Position numbers and translations under genes: made by a program
NCBI GenBank assembly: GCA_963920595.1
Contig: OY986948.1
Span: 3,100,001-3,164,000 of the forward strand
Length of the DNA stretch: 64,000 nt
Direction: 5' to 3'
DNA from: Eimeria praecox
Taxonomy: Eukaryota
The notes under the pieces: generated by a model
The model's input: only the letters and a program-made list of their open reading frames with translations
Database searches by the model: none
What the model was told of the DNA's origin: nothing
Part shown: in pieces, positions 21,041 to 33,203 of the stretch
How positions within the stretch are numbered: position 1 is the first letter of the stretch
Layout of the letters: every line of letters starts with the position of its first letter

Positions 21041-24000
21041 TGCTGTTGCTCCGGTTAATGAAATGCCGGTTTACACGCTACCAGATCCAGTGATGCTATG
21101 GGGCAAATCCACCGTTCTTGTTGATCCCGTTACCTTTCCTTTTTCTATCATATCTTCAACCCTGAAAGTCTCCCTTGCACTAATGTATCGCTGGAGCAGT
21201 GGCAGGCTTGTGCGAAACTGTTGGGAGCCACTGGTCTCACCACTGGCTATGAGCGATGTAAAGCAATCTCCTGATGCTTTGATTGCTGTGATTTTTCCTG
21301 CTAAAGTAATACACGTATATGAACAAATACTTACTCCTCTCATATTACACTAACGACAACTATTTCACCCGGCCACGCGTTCGTCGATTGTGAGAAGCAG
21401 CGTCTGTGGGGGCACAAAGGGAAACCAGTCAGAAAGGGGACAGCTTTATACTGAGCACATCTAAGCAAAAGAGCATCAGAGATAATTAAAAAACTGTTCT
21501 CCCTGCCCAGGGAGGAAAGTGTAGCGGGGAGTGCTGGGTGCCTCTGAAGCCCTCGAAGCCCCAATGGTGCCAACTTCAGCTGACCTCTGGGCCCTTCTGG
21601 CCCGTATTCCTCCTAGATATCATCCACAGCTTTCTTCTTATTATAATGAGGCAGAAATAAAGAAGCTACTCATTACGGGTGTTACAATCGGATATTTTAT
21701 GCAGCGAAGGCTCGACTAGCGGAGCTTCGTGCAAACTGCAGTATTGCCCTTGCCCCGTTGCTGCAGCAAACATCGGAACGGCCACTCGGTATTTTATATG
21801 CTTTACGTTCACCCCCAAAACAGTTTATTATCTTAGATAAATATTTGCTTCCTTCTCATTCAGATGGAGGCGCGTGGGGTCGCTACAATGGCAATGAAGT
21901 CAGCATATAAATCGTGCGGCTGCAAGTGATGCGAAGTGTGTTTGTCCTCTTACGCCTCTTTTGTACGCTTTTGGCATCGCTGAACCCTCGACTGCACTGC
22001 ACATTATGAGGGGCCTTATGGTATCGAGACGTGAGGCTTCTTACATTTGCGCTGCCCCCAATGTACAGTGGGTGGAAGTACCGCAAGCAGCTCAGCATCA
22101 CAAAATCAAGTGTTACATTATAAGCGCCATCGAAGAATCAAGAGTTCAATATGAATCACTTACGATTTTTTCAAGAGATGTTCTGCCTTTAAGTCGGCAT
22201 ATGGCATAGTCTGCCTAAGGCTGACAAAACCAATGCCCTCGATCCTAGGGAAGTACAGTCGCGAGCTGCAATAGACTAAAGGATTCAACGAAAGATTTCG
22301 AAAAATAGTGCATGCCCTCCCCTCCATCATCTAGGTGTGATAGAGACAGCTATCCATGGGCCTGGTGCTGGTGGGACACGGCCAGGGCTGCCATGGACTG
22401 TATCGCACGTTGCTGCAGCTAGTGCTGCAAGGCAGCCCATCATGCGAGCACAGTGCTGCTCTGCTATATGATCTAACATTGTAGACTGTAGTGTAGACAG
22501 CTGTTAAACACTTACTGGGGCCTCCATAGAGAGCGTGCAAGCAAGGAGGAGTACAAGTATCAGCATCAAGCTGAGCGTGCTGCATGTTGTGGTCATGCTA
22601 CGAGCTGGCAGACCGCCAGTATAAATATCACCGGTTATTAGTATTCAAAAGGTATCTGCGGGTGCGAAGATGAAGGACTTGAAGGGTTCAGCGAGTGACA
22701 ATGTATGGGTTTCAGGTCGTTGCAGGCAGCATCGAAGTTGCAAAAGGATTAATAGAACTGCACTTGCCTACACTAGATGGGGTGTTAGACCCCTCGAACT
22801 TAAGCAGATAGCGGGGAGAGCTCTATGCGATGCAGTTGGGCATTATTTAATGGGGGGTGCTTCAGAGGTTCAGATATATTTATTATAAGGCACGCCTTGC
22901 TAGAAGGATGCTGATTAGCTGTGAGGGAACCCAAAGCCGATGAAAAGTACTAAGCGCCCATCTGTGAGGTTGAACGATTATTGAATAAAAGGGGCAAATG
23001 CTCAAATGTTGGCAATTTGATTAGATGGGAGGGTTTTCGTGCCTGCAGTGCTACGTGGGACTTGGTCTCTCACATCCAATAGCCTAGCACCACTGTTTGA
23101 GCTCAGTGCTGCACTAGATCGTACCGAAAGGTATTGTGGAAGCGACATTTGTGCAGTCCCATACAACCTCAGCCAATGAAGATATTTTCATGATATCTTT
23201 ATATTGACAACAGTTAGTAGGCCTCAGCGCTGCCACCCGCAAGACAACGCTGCTTATGCCTAAGGCAGCATCTCGCCTACCTATTACGCCACTGAAGGGG
23301 CTAGGAATAGCCTGAACTTACTCAATACGTTCAAGGAGAAACACAAAATAGAGTCTCTACTAGGTGCGCAACAAGGTTATTTGGCTGACTTTAGGTGTTC
23401 TAGAATGCTGCGCTGGCCCTACAGAACCGGCTGTAGCTCCCGTATTGCAGCCAACAAGCTTATTCAGCGACTGCATATAAAGCCAAGGCAAAATGTGCTA
23501 TCCTTCGGCAGCAAGTGAAGGTTCCGGCCGGCCTTAACAGCGGCCGTGGGTTTTAATGCAGCGTGTTCTGGCCGATGCTGGGACGTATTCGCGCCAGTGT
23601 GCAGGGTGGTTATTCAAGCCTAAGTAACTGTTTAACAACTGGCTGCAGTGTCAGTGCATCTAGCAAGCGGGGATTCCTAATGGCTGCTGCCGGGATAGCC
23701 TTGTAGCTGGAGTTGCTGCACAACGTTCCGCACATTATGCAAGGCCGCCTTAAATTCGCACGAGCCCCTCTCCCTTTCTGCCTCTGCGCTCAGACGCCTG
23801 AACACAGGAGGGGAAGTCAGCTACTTTTGGGAAGCGCTCATCATAATTCATTCGAACCATTTGCACCTTACGACGCTCCTGTGCTAGGTTGGAGGATCAC
23901 CATTGGAAACACTGTGTACCTGAGTCAGATAATCAACCTGCCTCTGGCTTCGTCTTGCTTGCACTTGCCCCCACTTTTGTCGATCTGCTCGCCACACTAA

Positions 24001-25436
24001 AGCACGTTATGTTTGGTGAGTGAGTCAGGGTAAATGGGGCAGCTTCTAACAGAAGCTGCCCGAAGTAGAGGTATGCGTAGATGGTTGAGCGCATGTTAAC
24101 CACTGGAGACCTTGTAGGTCTCCAACAGTTGACGACGGCGCTTGTGGATGTGTTGGGGAGGGCGGTGAGCATCTGGGCTTGCTTTTGTGGCAGCAGTTGC
24201 AGTAAGAAGTGCAGCCGGGCAGCCTGCCTTCTCTTCTCACCGGCCACAGGGTCTTACGCAACAGCGCTCCAGGTGCCTTGAAGGCAAGACCCGAGTTGCT
24301 TTTAGTCGGGGAGCCAGCGGAGGCTTCCTGCCACGACTTGCAGCACTTGTTGCTGCAGCAAATGCCCCAACCCTAACAAAGGCAAGCACTATCAAGCCTC
24401 CAATTCCACGCATGCACTAACAGCGTATGCGACTGCCAAAGAACTACTTGGCATTGGTGTAGGCACGTCGGTTACTTAGGGCCAATACAACTACCTAACT
24501 CTTACAGACCTCCTACAACGGGTCTCTACAAAACATGGAAGGGTTACAGTTAGTCACCGACTGCGAAGTCGACGTGCAACGCATTCAAACGGTACTGAAA
24601 CAAAATTAAATTCCCGTCAGAGGAGTGTGCAGGTATCATACCCTCGCCTGCCCCCAAATGAAGAAAAAAGTGGGTGGAGGTACACAGCACCGGAAAACGA
24701 GTCTGTGCGTACAACTGTGCGCACCATAGCCCATCTCCCTCCCACACAAACGCAAGGATTTAGCTTAGTGATGGATAACAATGTCCACGACGCTGAACCG
24801 CTCGAGCACGCAAAGCTGCAAGCAAGTCTACATATGCACGATTATAAATTAACTCCCCCAACAAATGTAGCGAGAGCTCCTTGCGGCTTCAAACAAAGCA
24901 ATCATGTAAGGACTAAACCTGATCCTATGAGCGCACTTTGCACCGGTGCTGGCAGGCACCCAATCAGCACCTGAAATACAGTACAAAAAAAGGACCAAAC
25001 AACATGCACCACTCCATTCAAATTGAGGTCTAAGGCTTTTTCAGCCCGCGAATTCCGAACCTGCCAACACTATTCCACTATCCCAACAACCGTCGTCCTC
25101 CAGAAGAAACAAGCTTTATCAAATTTAAAGACTCAAATGCCTCGAAAAACGACGCCACCTCGTGCTTGTCGGGCGTTCAAATAAAGAAAAAGAATCAGCC
25201 ACAAACCTATAGAACAAGTGCTCATGCCTATGCAAAAGCTTTCATTCAAGTGCCTGCAGATATCCATCGGACGGTGCGCAGAATCGTGAGTGCACTGAGC
25301 CCGAAGGTGTGCGGACTTATAGTTTATCAAGGCATTGACTAGTGGGGCTCGGCTGATAAGGGCCCCTCCCTCCGCCAAACACCCTGTCTTTGACAGATGC
25401 GGTTGTTATACAGAAGCTTCACAAATGGCTGAGGGT

Positions 25437-26957
25437 CTACTCAGCCTGCTGGTTGATGAGGTCTGGAAACTCTAGCACAACTTGGGAGCTACTTATCCTG
25501 TGGGAGCTCGTCGGCTCCAGCAAACGCACAATAAGCTCTGCCCACCGCCTTGGGACTTTGGAGGCTTCTAATTTCGGCATCAAGACGTTAGAGCGTACCT
25601 CTTTTTCCAGTAGCTGTTTTGATAGGCTGATTAGCTCCTGCGGTGAGTCCGGCCCCCCAGGCTCCCCGTACGGGTGTTCGTTTCCGGTGTACAGGTGAAA
25701 GAGAAGAGCCCCAAGGTTCCACATATTTGTCTTACCCTTAGGCGTAACGGTCAGAGTTCTACACAAATTAACAATCAAACTGGGTTCAGGATGCATCGTC
25801 ATACCGGATCCTAAAGAGGAAGCCTCATCTCCGAAAGGAGCAGCGCTGGCAAAATTCCCCAACAAGAAGGAGCCGTCTTCACGCAGAAACAAGGAGTTCC
25901 AGTCAAACTGCAGATGAGCAACCCCTGAATTCTCCAATTTCAGCGCCATCAGCAACAAACGATAGGCCATATAATCACGCGCCTCCTCAACCAGTTCCCC
26001 TATTCTTTCCCTCAGGAACCGTAAGCCCCCCCAAACCGGTACCGTCAATCCTACAGTACCATAGACCTTTATATCGCCTACAGAATGAATTCCATCAAGG
26101 CCCGATATCTCACCTGTGTAGATTGGAATGGATATGCCTTTCTGCGAGGCTGCCAACTCAGCAGCAATGTGGCCGCAAGCCTGCAGCGCTGCATTCTTCT
26201 CATGCTCAGCCGCTCGCCGCATCTTTTTTTGAACCTCTTCTTCTGGCGACCCGGCATGCTTCTTCATATCAACCACTGGGATAAGGACGGAAAATTTACT
26301 CTTCGTCGCGATTTCTTCAGCACTCAACACCAAATTCCAGCTGAAGTGCCCCACCACTCCAGTAATGCGCAGCGCTTGCGGCAAAGGCTTGTTTTCAATG
26401 CTCCAGTTAAAAGGCTTCACATTCTCCAACACAATGGTCATCCCAACCAAAGAGTCATTCGATCCTTTCGAAAGAGCAAGAGCAACGGCGCGCTGATAAT
26501 CCTCAGCATATCCGCTCGACTCTCGCTCAGATATGTATGCGGAAGACCAAGCTGCTAGCAACTCTTTGCCCTCCTTAAGCATAGGAGGAAGCGTCTCTTC
26601 AAAATGTTCAAGCGAAGGTACCCCCCAATCATCACGTTTCGCCTGCTGCTCCACTGCATCCTCCACTGGAGCCTCCACTGCAGCCTCCACTGGAGCCTCC
26701 ACTGGAGCCTCCACAGGAGGCAATGCCGAACTCGAGCTGCTCGGCTCCACACGAGAAACCAGGGTAGCCAGCTTTCTGCCTGTTGCAAACAGCAAGACGA
26801 AGCCTGCAACAATCAATATCCACGAGGGCCCACGAACTCGTTTTGGCACGAAGCTGTGGTCAGTCCCTCGAATCTTAAGTGACGAATCCCCGGCATTCAG
26901 CTCCAGCTGTGGTTCCGCTGAGGCAATCGTCTCAACGGGGGATACCTGCACCTCCAT
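25437..26957 (-). CDS. Rhoptry kinase (ROPK)-like pseudokinase, copy 1 (type A, 506 aa)
   Basis: ATG in TCAAAAATGG (the track start is an upstream GTG). Hydrophobic segment WILIVAGFVLLFA. Degenerate kinase motifs GVAHLQFDWNSLFL, FLLGNFA, HPEP, TNMWNLG..LF and LIVRLLEP...RI. Confidence 0.8.
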   Translation of the reverse strand: MEVQVSPVETIASAEPQLELNAGDSSLKIRGTDHSFVPKRVRGPSWILIVAGFVLLFATGRKLATLVSRVEPSSSSSALPPVEAPVEAPVEAAVEAPVEDAVEQQAKRDDWGVPSLEHFEETLPPMLKEGKELLAAWSSAYISERESSGYAEDYQRAVALALSKGSNDSLVGMTIVLENVKPFNWSIENKPLPQALRITGVVGHFSWNLVLSAEEIATKSKFSVLIPVVDMKKHAGSPEEEVQKKMRRAAEHEKNAALQACGHIAAELAASQKGISIPIYTGEISGLDGIHSVGDIKVYGTVGLTVPVWGGLRFLRERIGELVEEARDYMAYRLLLMALKLENSGVAHLQFDWNSLFLREDGSFLLGNFASAAPFGDEASSLGSGMTMHPEPSLIVNLCRTLTVTPKGKTNMWNLGALLFHLYTGNEHPYGEPGGPDSPQELISLSKQLLEKEVRSNVLMPKLEASKVPRRWAELIVRLLEPTSSHRISSSQVVLEFPDLINQQAE

Positions 26958-29320
26958 TTTTGAGCGCACAGTTTTCCATTAAACGTAAAGCAGCACGCTC
27001 ACAGAAAAGTGAATGTGGGGTAAGCAGCGGCGGCTTCAAGGTTGCCTATCCGAACCGGGGCTATGCCACTGGGCATGCACTTCACGCCACCAGTGAGGGA
27101 TTGTGGTAGAGGACACGGCACCTATACGCCATACCCTGAAGAAAAAATTATGTCGTTTTACACTGACAAATTAACTCTGTTTTACGAGTAGTGATCTAGA
27201 AGGCAAATACATCCTGCCGGCCACCCCCAAACTTAGCGAGTTTCGTTTACCCAATAGTAAGATGCCAGTTGGAGAGTCGCAGTAGGAGACGGATCAGGAG
27301 AAGTCGATAGCGCTCCACAAGCAAGGCTTGCCGAAGCAGCAGTATCAAGTGTGGCAGGAGTTCAAACTTGTACACCCTGCCACTTGGCAGGTGACCGGGC
27401 ACACGAGGGAGTGTGCTGCTTTGCGAAAATGCGTGGCGCAGATGTAGGAAGGTGTGCGTGAAGTTGGTGTGTGTATTTGTACCTGTACGTGCATGTAGGC
27501 TAGTTAATGAGGGCCAAGGTACGATGGTCCTTGATCGTAGCTGAGGACCATCGTACGATAGGAGCTCCCCAAAACATGCTGACCTCCCTTTCAGTCTCCA
27601 AAACGTTTTGGACACAGCTGCCAAAGTGTCTCGAGCTTTTGAACTACCCTCTCTGCGTCAGTGCCACTGTGCCCAGGACGCCTAAACACAGGAGGGGAAG
27701 TCAGCTGCTTTTGGGAAGCAGTCATCTCAATTCATTCGAACCATTTGCACCTTACGACGCTCCTGTGCTAGGTTCGAGGATCATCATTGGAAACATGGTG
27801 TACCTGAGTCAGATAATGAACCTGCTTCTGGCTTCGTCTTGCTCGCACTTGCCCCCCCTTTTGTCGATCTGCTCGCCACACTAAAGCATGTTATGTTTGG
27901 TGAGTGAGTCTGGGTAGATGGGACAGCTTCTGTTAGAAGTAGAGGTATGCGTAGATGGTTGAGCGCATGTTAACCACTGGAGACCTTGTAGGTCTCTAAC
28001 AGTTGACGACGGCGCTTGTGGATGTGTTGGGGAGGGAGGTGAGCATCTGGGCTTGCCTTTGCGGCTGGAGTTGCAGTAGGAAGTGCAGCCGGGCAGCCTG
28101 CCCTCTCTTCTCACCGGCCGCAGGGTCTTACGCAATTGCTCTCCAGGTGCCTTGAGCGCAAGACCCGAGTTCCTTTTAGTTGGGGAGCCAGCGGAGGCTT
28201 CCTGCCACGACTTGCAGCACTTCTTGCTGCAGCAAATGCCCCAACCCTAACAAAGACAAGCGCTATCAAGCCTCCAATTCCACGCATGCACTAACAGCGT
28301 ATGCGATTGCCAAAGAACTACTTGGCATTGGTGTAGGCACGTTGGTTACTTAGGGCCAATACAACTACCTAACTCTTACAGACCTCCTACAACGGGTCTC
28401 TACAAAACATGGAGGGGTTCCAGTTAGTCAGCGAGTGCGAAGTCGACGTGCAACGCATTCAAACGGTACTGAAACAAAAGTAAATTCCCTTCAGAGGAGT
28501 GTGCAGGTACCATACCCTCGCCTGCTCCCAAATGAAGAAAAAAGTGGGTGGAGGTACACACCACCGGAAAACGAGTCTGTGCGTACAACTGTGCACCTCT
28601 AGGTTTCCCATGCACCATAGCCCATCTCCCTCCAACACAAAGGCAAGGATTTAGCTTGGTGATGGATAACAATGTCCACGACGCTGAACCGCTCGAATAC
28701 TCAAAGCTGCAAGCAAGTCTACATATGCACGATTATAAATTAACTCCCCCAACAAATGTAGCGAGAGCTCCTTGCGGCTTCAAACAAAGCAATCATGTAA
28801 GGACTAAACCTGATCCTATGAGCGCACTTTGCACCGGTGCTGGCACGTACCCAATCTGCAACTGCAATGCAGTGCAAAAGCCTGACCAAACAACATGCAC
28901 CACTCCATTCAAATTGAGGTTCAGGTCTAGGCCCGCGAACTCCGAACCTGCCAACACTATTCCACTATCCCAAAAACCGTCGTCCTCCAGAAGAAACAAG
29001 CTTTATCAAATTTAAAGACTCAAATGCCTCGCAAAACGACGCCACCTCGTGTTTGTCGGTTCAAATAAAGAAAAAGAATCAGCCACAAACCTACGGAACA
29101 AGTGCTCATGCCTATGCAAAAGCTTTCATTCAAGTGCCTGCAGATATCCATCGGATTGTGCGCAGATTCGTGAGTGCACTGAGCCCGAAGGCGTGCAGAC
29201 TCATAGTGTATCAAGGCACTGACTAGTGGGGCTCGGCTGGTAAGGGCCCCTCCCCCTGCCGAAGACCCTGTCTTTGACAGATGCGGCTGTTATACAGAAG
29301 CTTCACAAATGGCTGAAGGT

Positions 29321-30829
29321 CTATTCAGCCTGCTGGTTGATAAGGTCTGGAAACTCTCGCACAATTTGAAAGCCATTTATCCTGTGGGCCCTCGTCGGCT
29401 CCAACAAACGCACAATAAGCTCTACCCACCGCCTTGGGACATTGGAGGCTTCCAACTCCGGGATCAAAACGTTAGAACGTAAGCCCTTTTCCAACAGCAG
29501 TTTTGATAGGATCATTATCTCCTGCATTGCGTCCCGCCCCATATGCCCCCCGTAGGGGTCTTGGTTTCCGGTGTACAGGTGAAAGAGAAGAATCCCGAGA
29601 TGCCACATATTTGTCTTGGCCTCTGGCATAGTCAATCCAGATTCACTAAGCTGAACAATCACATTGGGTTCTGGATAACGCGGCAAAACGCCCGTTAAGA
29701 AGGGTCTTTCATGGCCAAATGGAGCAGCGCTGCCAAAATTCCCCAACAAGAAGGAGCCGTCTTCACGCAGAAACAAGCCACTCCAATCAAGCTCCAGATG
29801 AGCAACTCCTGCTTGCTCGAGTTTCAGCGCCACCATCAACAAACGATAAGCCATGTAATCGCGCGCCTTCTCATCCAGTGTCCCTATTCTATGGCTCAGA
29901 TGCCCAAAATTCCGCACAGCCCCTTCCATCAACCCTACAGTTCCATAGATCCTTATATTTCCAACAGAATGAATTTGATCAAGGCCCGATATTTCACCTG
30001 TGTAGACTGGAATGGATATGCCTTTCTGTGAGGCTGCCAACCCAGCCGGCATGCAGCCGCAAGCCTGCAGCGCTGCATTCTTCTCATGCTCAGCCGTTCG
30101 CCGCATTTCTTCTCTAAACGCATCTTCACTGAAATTGGAACGCTTGCTGATATCGGCAGCGGGGATATTCACCAAATATTCCTTCTTCGTAGCGATGTCT
30201 TCGGCAGTCAGCACCAAATTCCAGCGGTAGTACTCCACCACTCCAGTAATGCGCAGCGCTTGTGGCAAAGGCTTGTTTTCAATGCTCCAGTTAAAAGGCT
30301 TCACATTCTCCAACACAATTGTCATCCCAACCAAAGAGTCATTCGATCCATTCGAAAGAGCAAGAGCAACGGCGCGCTGATAAGTCTTAGCATACTCACT
30401 CACCGTTGGCTCAGATACGTACTGGGAAGCCCAAGCTGCTAGTAACTCTTTGCCCTCCTTAAGCTTAGGAGGAAGCGTCTCTTCAAAATGTTCAAGCGAA
30501 GGTAGCCCCCAATCATCACGTTTCGGCAGCTGCTCCACTGGAGTCTTCACTGGAGCCTCCGCTGGAGTGTCCACTGGATGCTCCACACGAGGTAATGCTG
30601 AACTCGAGCTGCTCGGCTCCACACGAGAAACCAGGGTAGCCAGCTTTCTCCCTATTGCAAGCAGCAAGACGAAGCCTGCAACAATCAATATCAACGAGGG
30701 CGCACCAACTCGTTTTGATACGAAACTGTGGTCAGTTTCTCGAATCTCAAGTGGCGAATCCCTGGCATTCAGCTCCAGCTGTGGTTCCGCGGAGGCAGTC
30801 GTCTCAACGGGGGATCCCTGCACCTCCAT
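29321..30829 (-). CDS. ROPK-like pseudokinase, copy 2 (type B, 502 aa)
   Basis: Paralogue with GVAHLELDWSGLFL, LLGNFG and VVEYYRWN. Confidence 0.8.
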   Translation of the reverse strand: MEVQGSPVETTASAEPQLELNARDSPLEIRETDHSFVSKRVGAPSLILIVAGFVLLLAIGRKLATLVSRVEPSSSSSALPRVEHPVDTPAEAPVKTPVEQLPKRDDWGLPSLEHFEETLPPKLKEGKELLAAWASQYVSEPTVSEYAKTYQRAVALALSNGSNDSLVGMTIVLENVKPFNWSIENKPLPQALRITGVVEYYRWNLVLTAEDIATKKEYLVNIPAADISKRSNFSEDAFREEMRRTAEHEKNAALQACGCMPAGLAASQKGISIPVYTGEISGLDQIHSVGNIRIYGTVGLMEGAVRNFGHLSHRIGTLDEKARDYMAYRLLMVALKLEQAGVAHLELDWSGLFLREDGSFLLGNFGSAAPFGHERPFLTGVLPRYPEPNVIVQLSESGLTMPEAKTNMWHLGILLFHLYTGNQDPYGGHMGRDAMQEIMILSKLLLEKGLRSNVLIPELEASNVPRRWVELIVRLLEPTRAHRINGFQIVREFPDLINQQAE

Positions 30830-33203
30830 TTTTGAGCGCACAATTTTCCATTAAACTTAAAGCAGCACGCTCACAGAAAAGTGAATGTGGGGTAAGCAGC
30901 GGAGGCTTCAAGGTTGCCTATCCGAACCGGGGCTATGCCACTGGGCATGCACTTCACGCCACTAGCGGGGGAGTGTGGTAGAGGACACGGCACCTATACG
31001 CCATACCCTGAAGAAAAAATTATGTCGTTTTACACTCACAAATTAACTTTGTTTTACGAGTAGTGATCTAGGAGGCAAACAAATCCTGCCGGCCAGGCTT
31101 AAACTTAGCGAGTTTCGTTTACCCAATAGTAAGAGTCGCAGTTGGAGAGTCGCAGTAGGAGACGGATCAGGAGAAGTCGATAGCGCTCCACAAAGAAAGG
31201 CTTGCCGAAGCAGGAGTATCAAGTGTGGCAGGAGTTCAGACTTGGACACCCTGCCACTTGGCAGGTGACCGGGCACACGAGGGAGTGTGCTGCTGTGCTA
31301 AAATGCGTGAAGCAGATGTAGGAAGGTGTGCGTGAAGTTGGAGTGCGTTTTTTACGTGCATGTGCATGTAGGCTAGTTAATGAGGGCCAAGGTACGATGG
31401 TCCTCGATCTTAGCAGAGGACCTTAGTACGATAGGAGCTCCCCAGAACATGCTGCTGACCTCCCTTTCAGTCTCCAAAACGTTTTGGGCACAGCTGCCCA
31501 AGTGTCTCGAGCTTTTGAACTACTCTCTGTGCGTCAGTGCCACTGTGACCAGGACGCCTAAACACAGGAGGGGAAGTCACCTGCTTTGCGGAAGCAGTCA
31601 TCTCAATTCATTCGAACCATTTGCACCTTACGACGCTCCTGTGCTAGATTCGAGGATCATCATTGGAAGCATGGTGTACCTGAGTCAGATAATCAACCTG
31701 CCTATGGCTTTGTCTTGCTCTCACTTGCCCCCCCTTTTGTCGATCTGCTCGCCACACTAAAGCATGTTATGTTTGGTGAGTGAGTCTGGGTAGATGGGAC
31801 AGCTTCTGTTAGAAGTAGAGGTATGCGTAGATGGTTGAGCGCATGTTAACCACTGGAGACCTTGTAGGTCTCTAACAGTTGACGACGGCGCTTGTGGATG
31901 TGTTGGGGAGGGAGGTGAGCATCTGGGCTTGCCTTTGCGGCTGGAGTTGCAGTAGGAAGTGCAGCCGGGCAGCCTGCCTTCTCTTCTCCCCTGCCACAGG
32001 GTCTTACGCAATTGCGCTACAGGTGCCTTGAGCGCAAGACCCGAGTTGCTTTTAGTTGGGGAGCCAGCGGAGGCTTCCTGCCACGACTTGCAGCACTTCT
32101 TGCTGCAGCAAATGCCCCAACCCTAACAAAGGCAAGCGCTATCAAGCCTCCAATTCCACGCATGCACTAACAGCGTATGCGACTGCCAAAGAAGTACTTG
32201 CCATTGGTGTAGGCACGTCGGTTACTTAGGGCCAATACAACTACCTAACTCTTACAGTCCTCCTACAACGGGTCTCTACAAAACATGGAGGGGTTCCAGT
32301 TAGTCAGCGACTGCAAAGTCGTCGTGCAATGCATTCAAACGGTACTGAAACAAAATTGAATTCCCGTCAGAGGAGTTTGCAGGTACCATACCCTCGACTG
32401 CCCCCAAATGAAGAAAAAAGTGGGTGGAGGTACACAGCACCGGAAAACGAGTCTGTGCGTACAACTGTGCACCTCTAGGTTTCCCATGCACCATAGCCCA
32501 TCTCCCTCCAACACAAAGGCAAGGATTTAGCTTAGTGATGGATAACAATGTCCACGACTTTGAACCGCTCGAACACGCAAAGCTGCAAGCAAGCCTACAT
32601 ATGCACCATTATACAATAACTCCCCCAACAAATGTAGCGAGAGCTCCTTGCGGCTTCAAGCAAAGCAATCAAGTAACAACTAAACCTGATGCTATGAGCG
32701 CACTTTGAACCGGTGCTGGCACGCATCCAATCAGCAACTGAAATACAGTACAAAAAGCTGACCAAACAACATGCACCACTCCATTCAAATTGAGGTCTAA
32801 GGCTTTTTCAGCCCGCGAATTCCGAACCTGCCAACACTATTCCACTATCCCAACAACCGTCGTCCTCCAGAAGAAACAAGCTTTATCAAATTTAAAGACT
32901 CAAATGCCTCGAAAAACGACGCCACCGCGTGCTTGTCGGGCGTTCAAATAAAGAAAAAGAATCAACCACAAACCTACGGAACAAGTGCTCATGTCTATGC
33001 AAAAGCTTTCATTCAAGTGCCTGCAGATATCCATCGGACTGTGCGCAGATTCGTGAGTGCACTGAGCCCGAAGGTGTGCAGACTCATAGTGTATCAAGGC
33101 ACTGACTGGTGGGGCTCGGCTGATAAGGGCCCCTCACCCTGTCGAAGACCCTGTCTTCGACAGATGCGGCTGTTATACAGAAGCTTCACAAATGGCGGAG
33201 GGC

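Noticed and set aside
21071..21343. 90-aa minus-strand ORF in frame with the large hypothetical gene
   Set aside because: It is separated from that gene by an in-frame TAA at 21071-21073 and no clear splice bypasses it; not supportable as coding.
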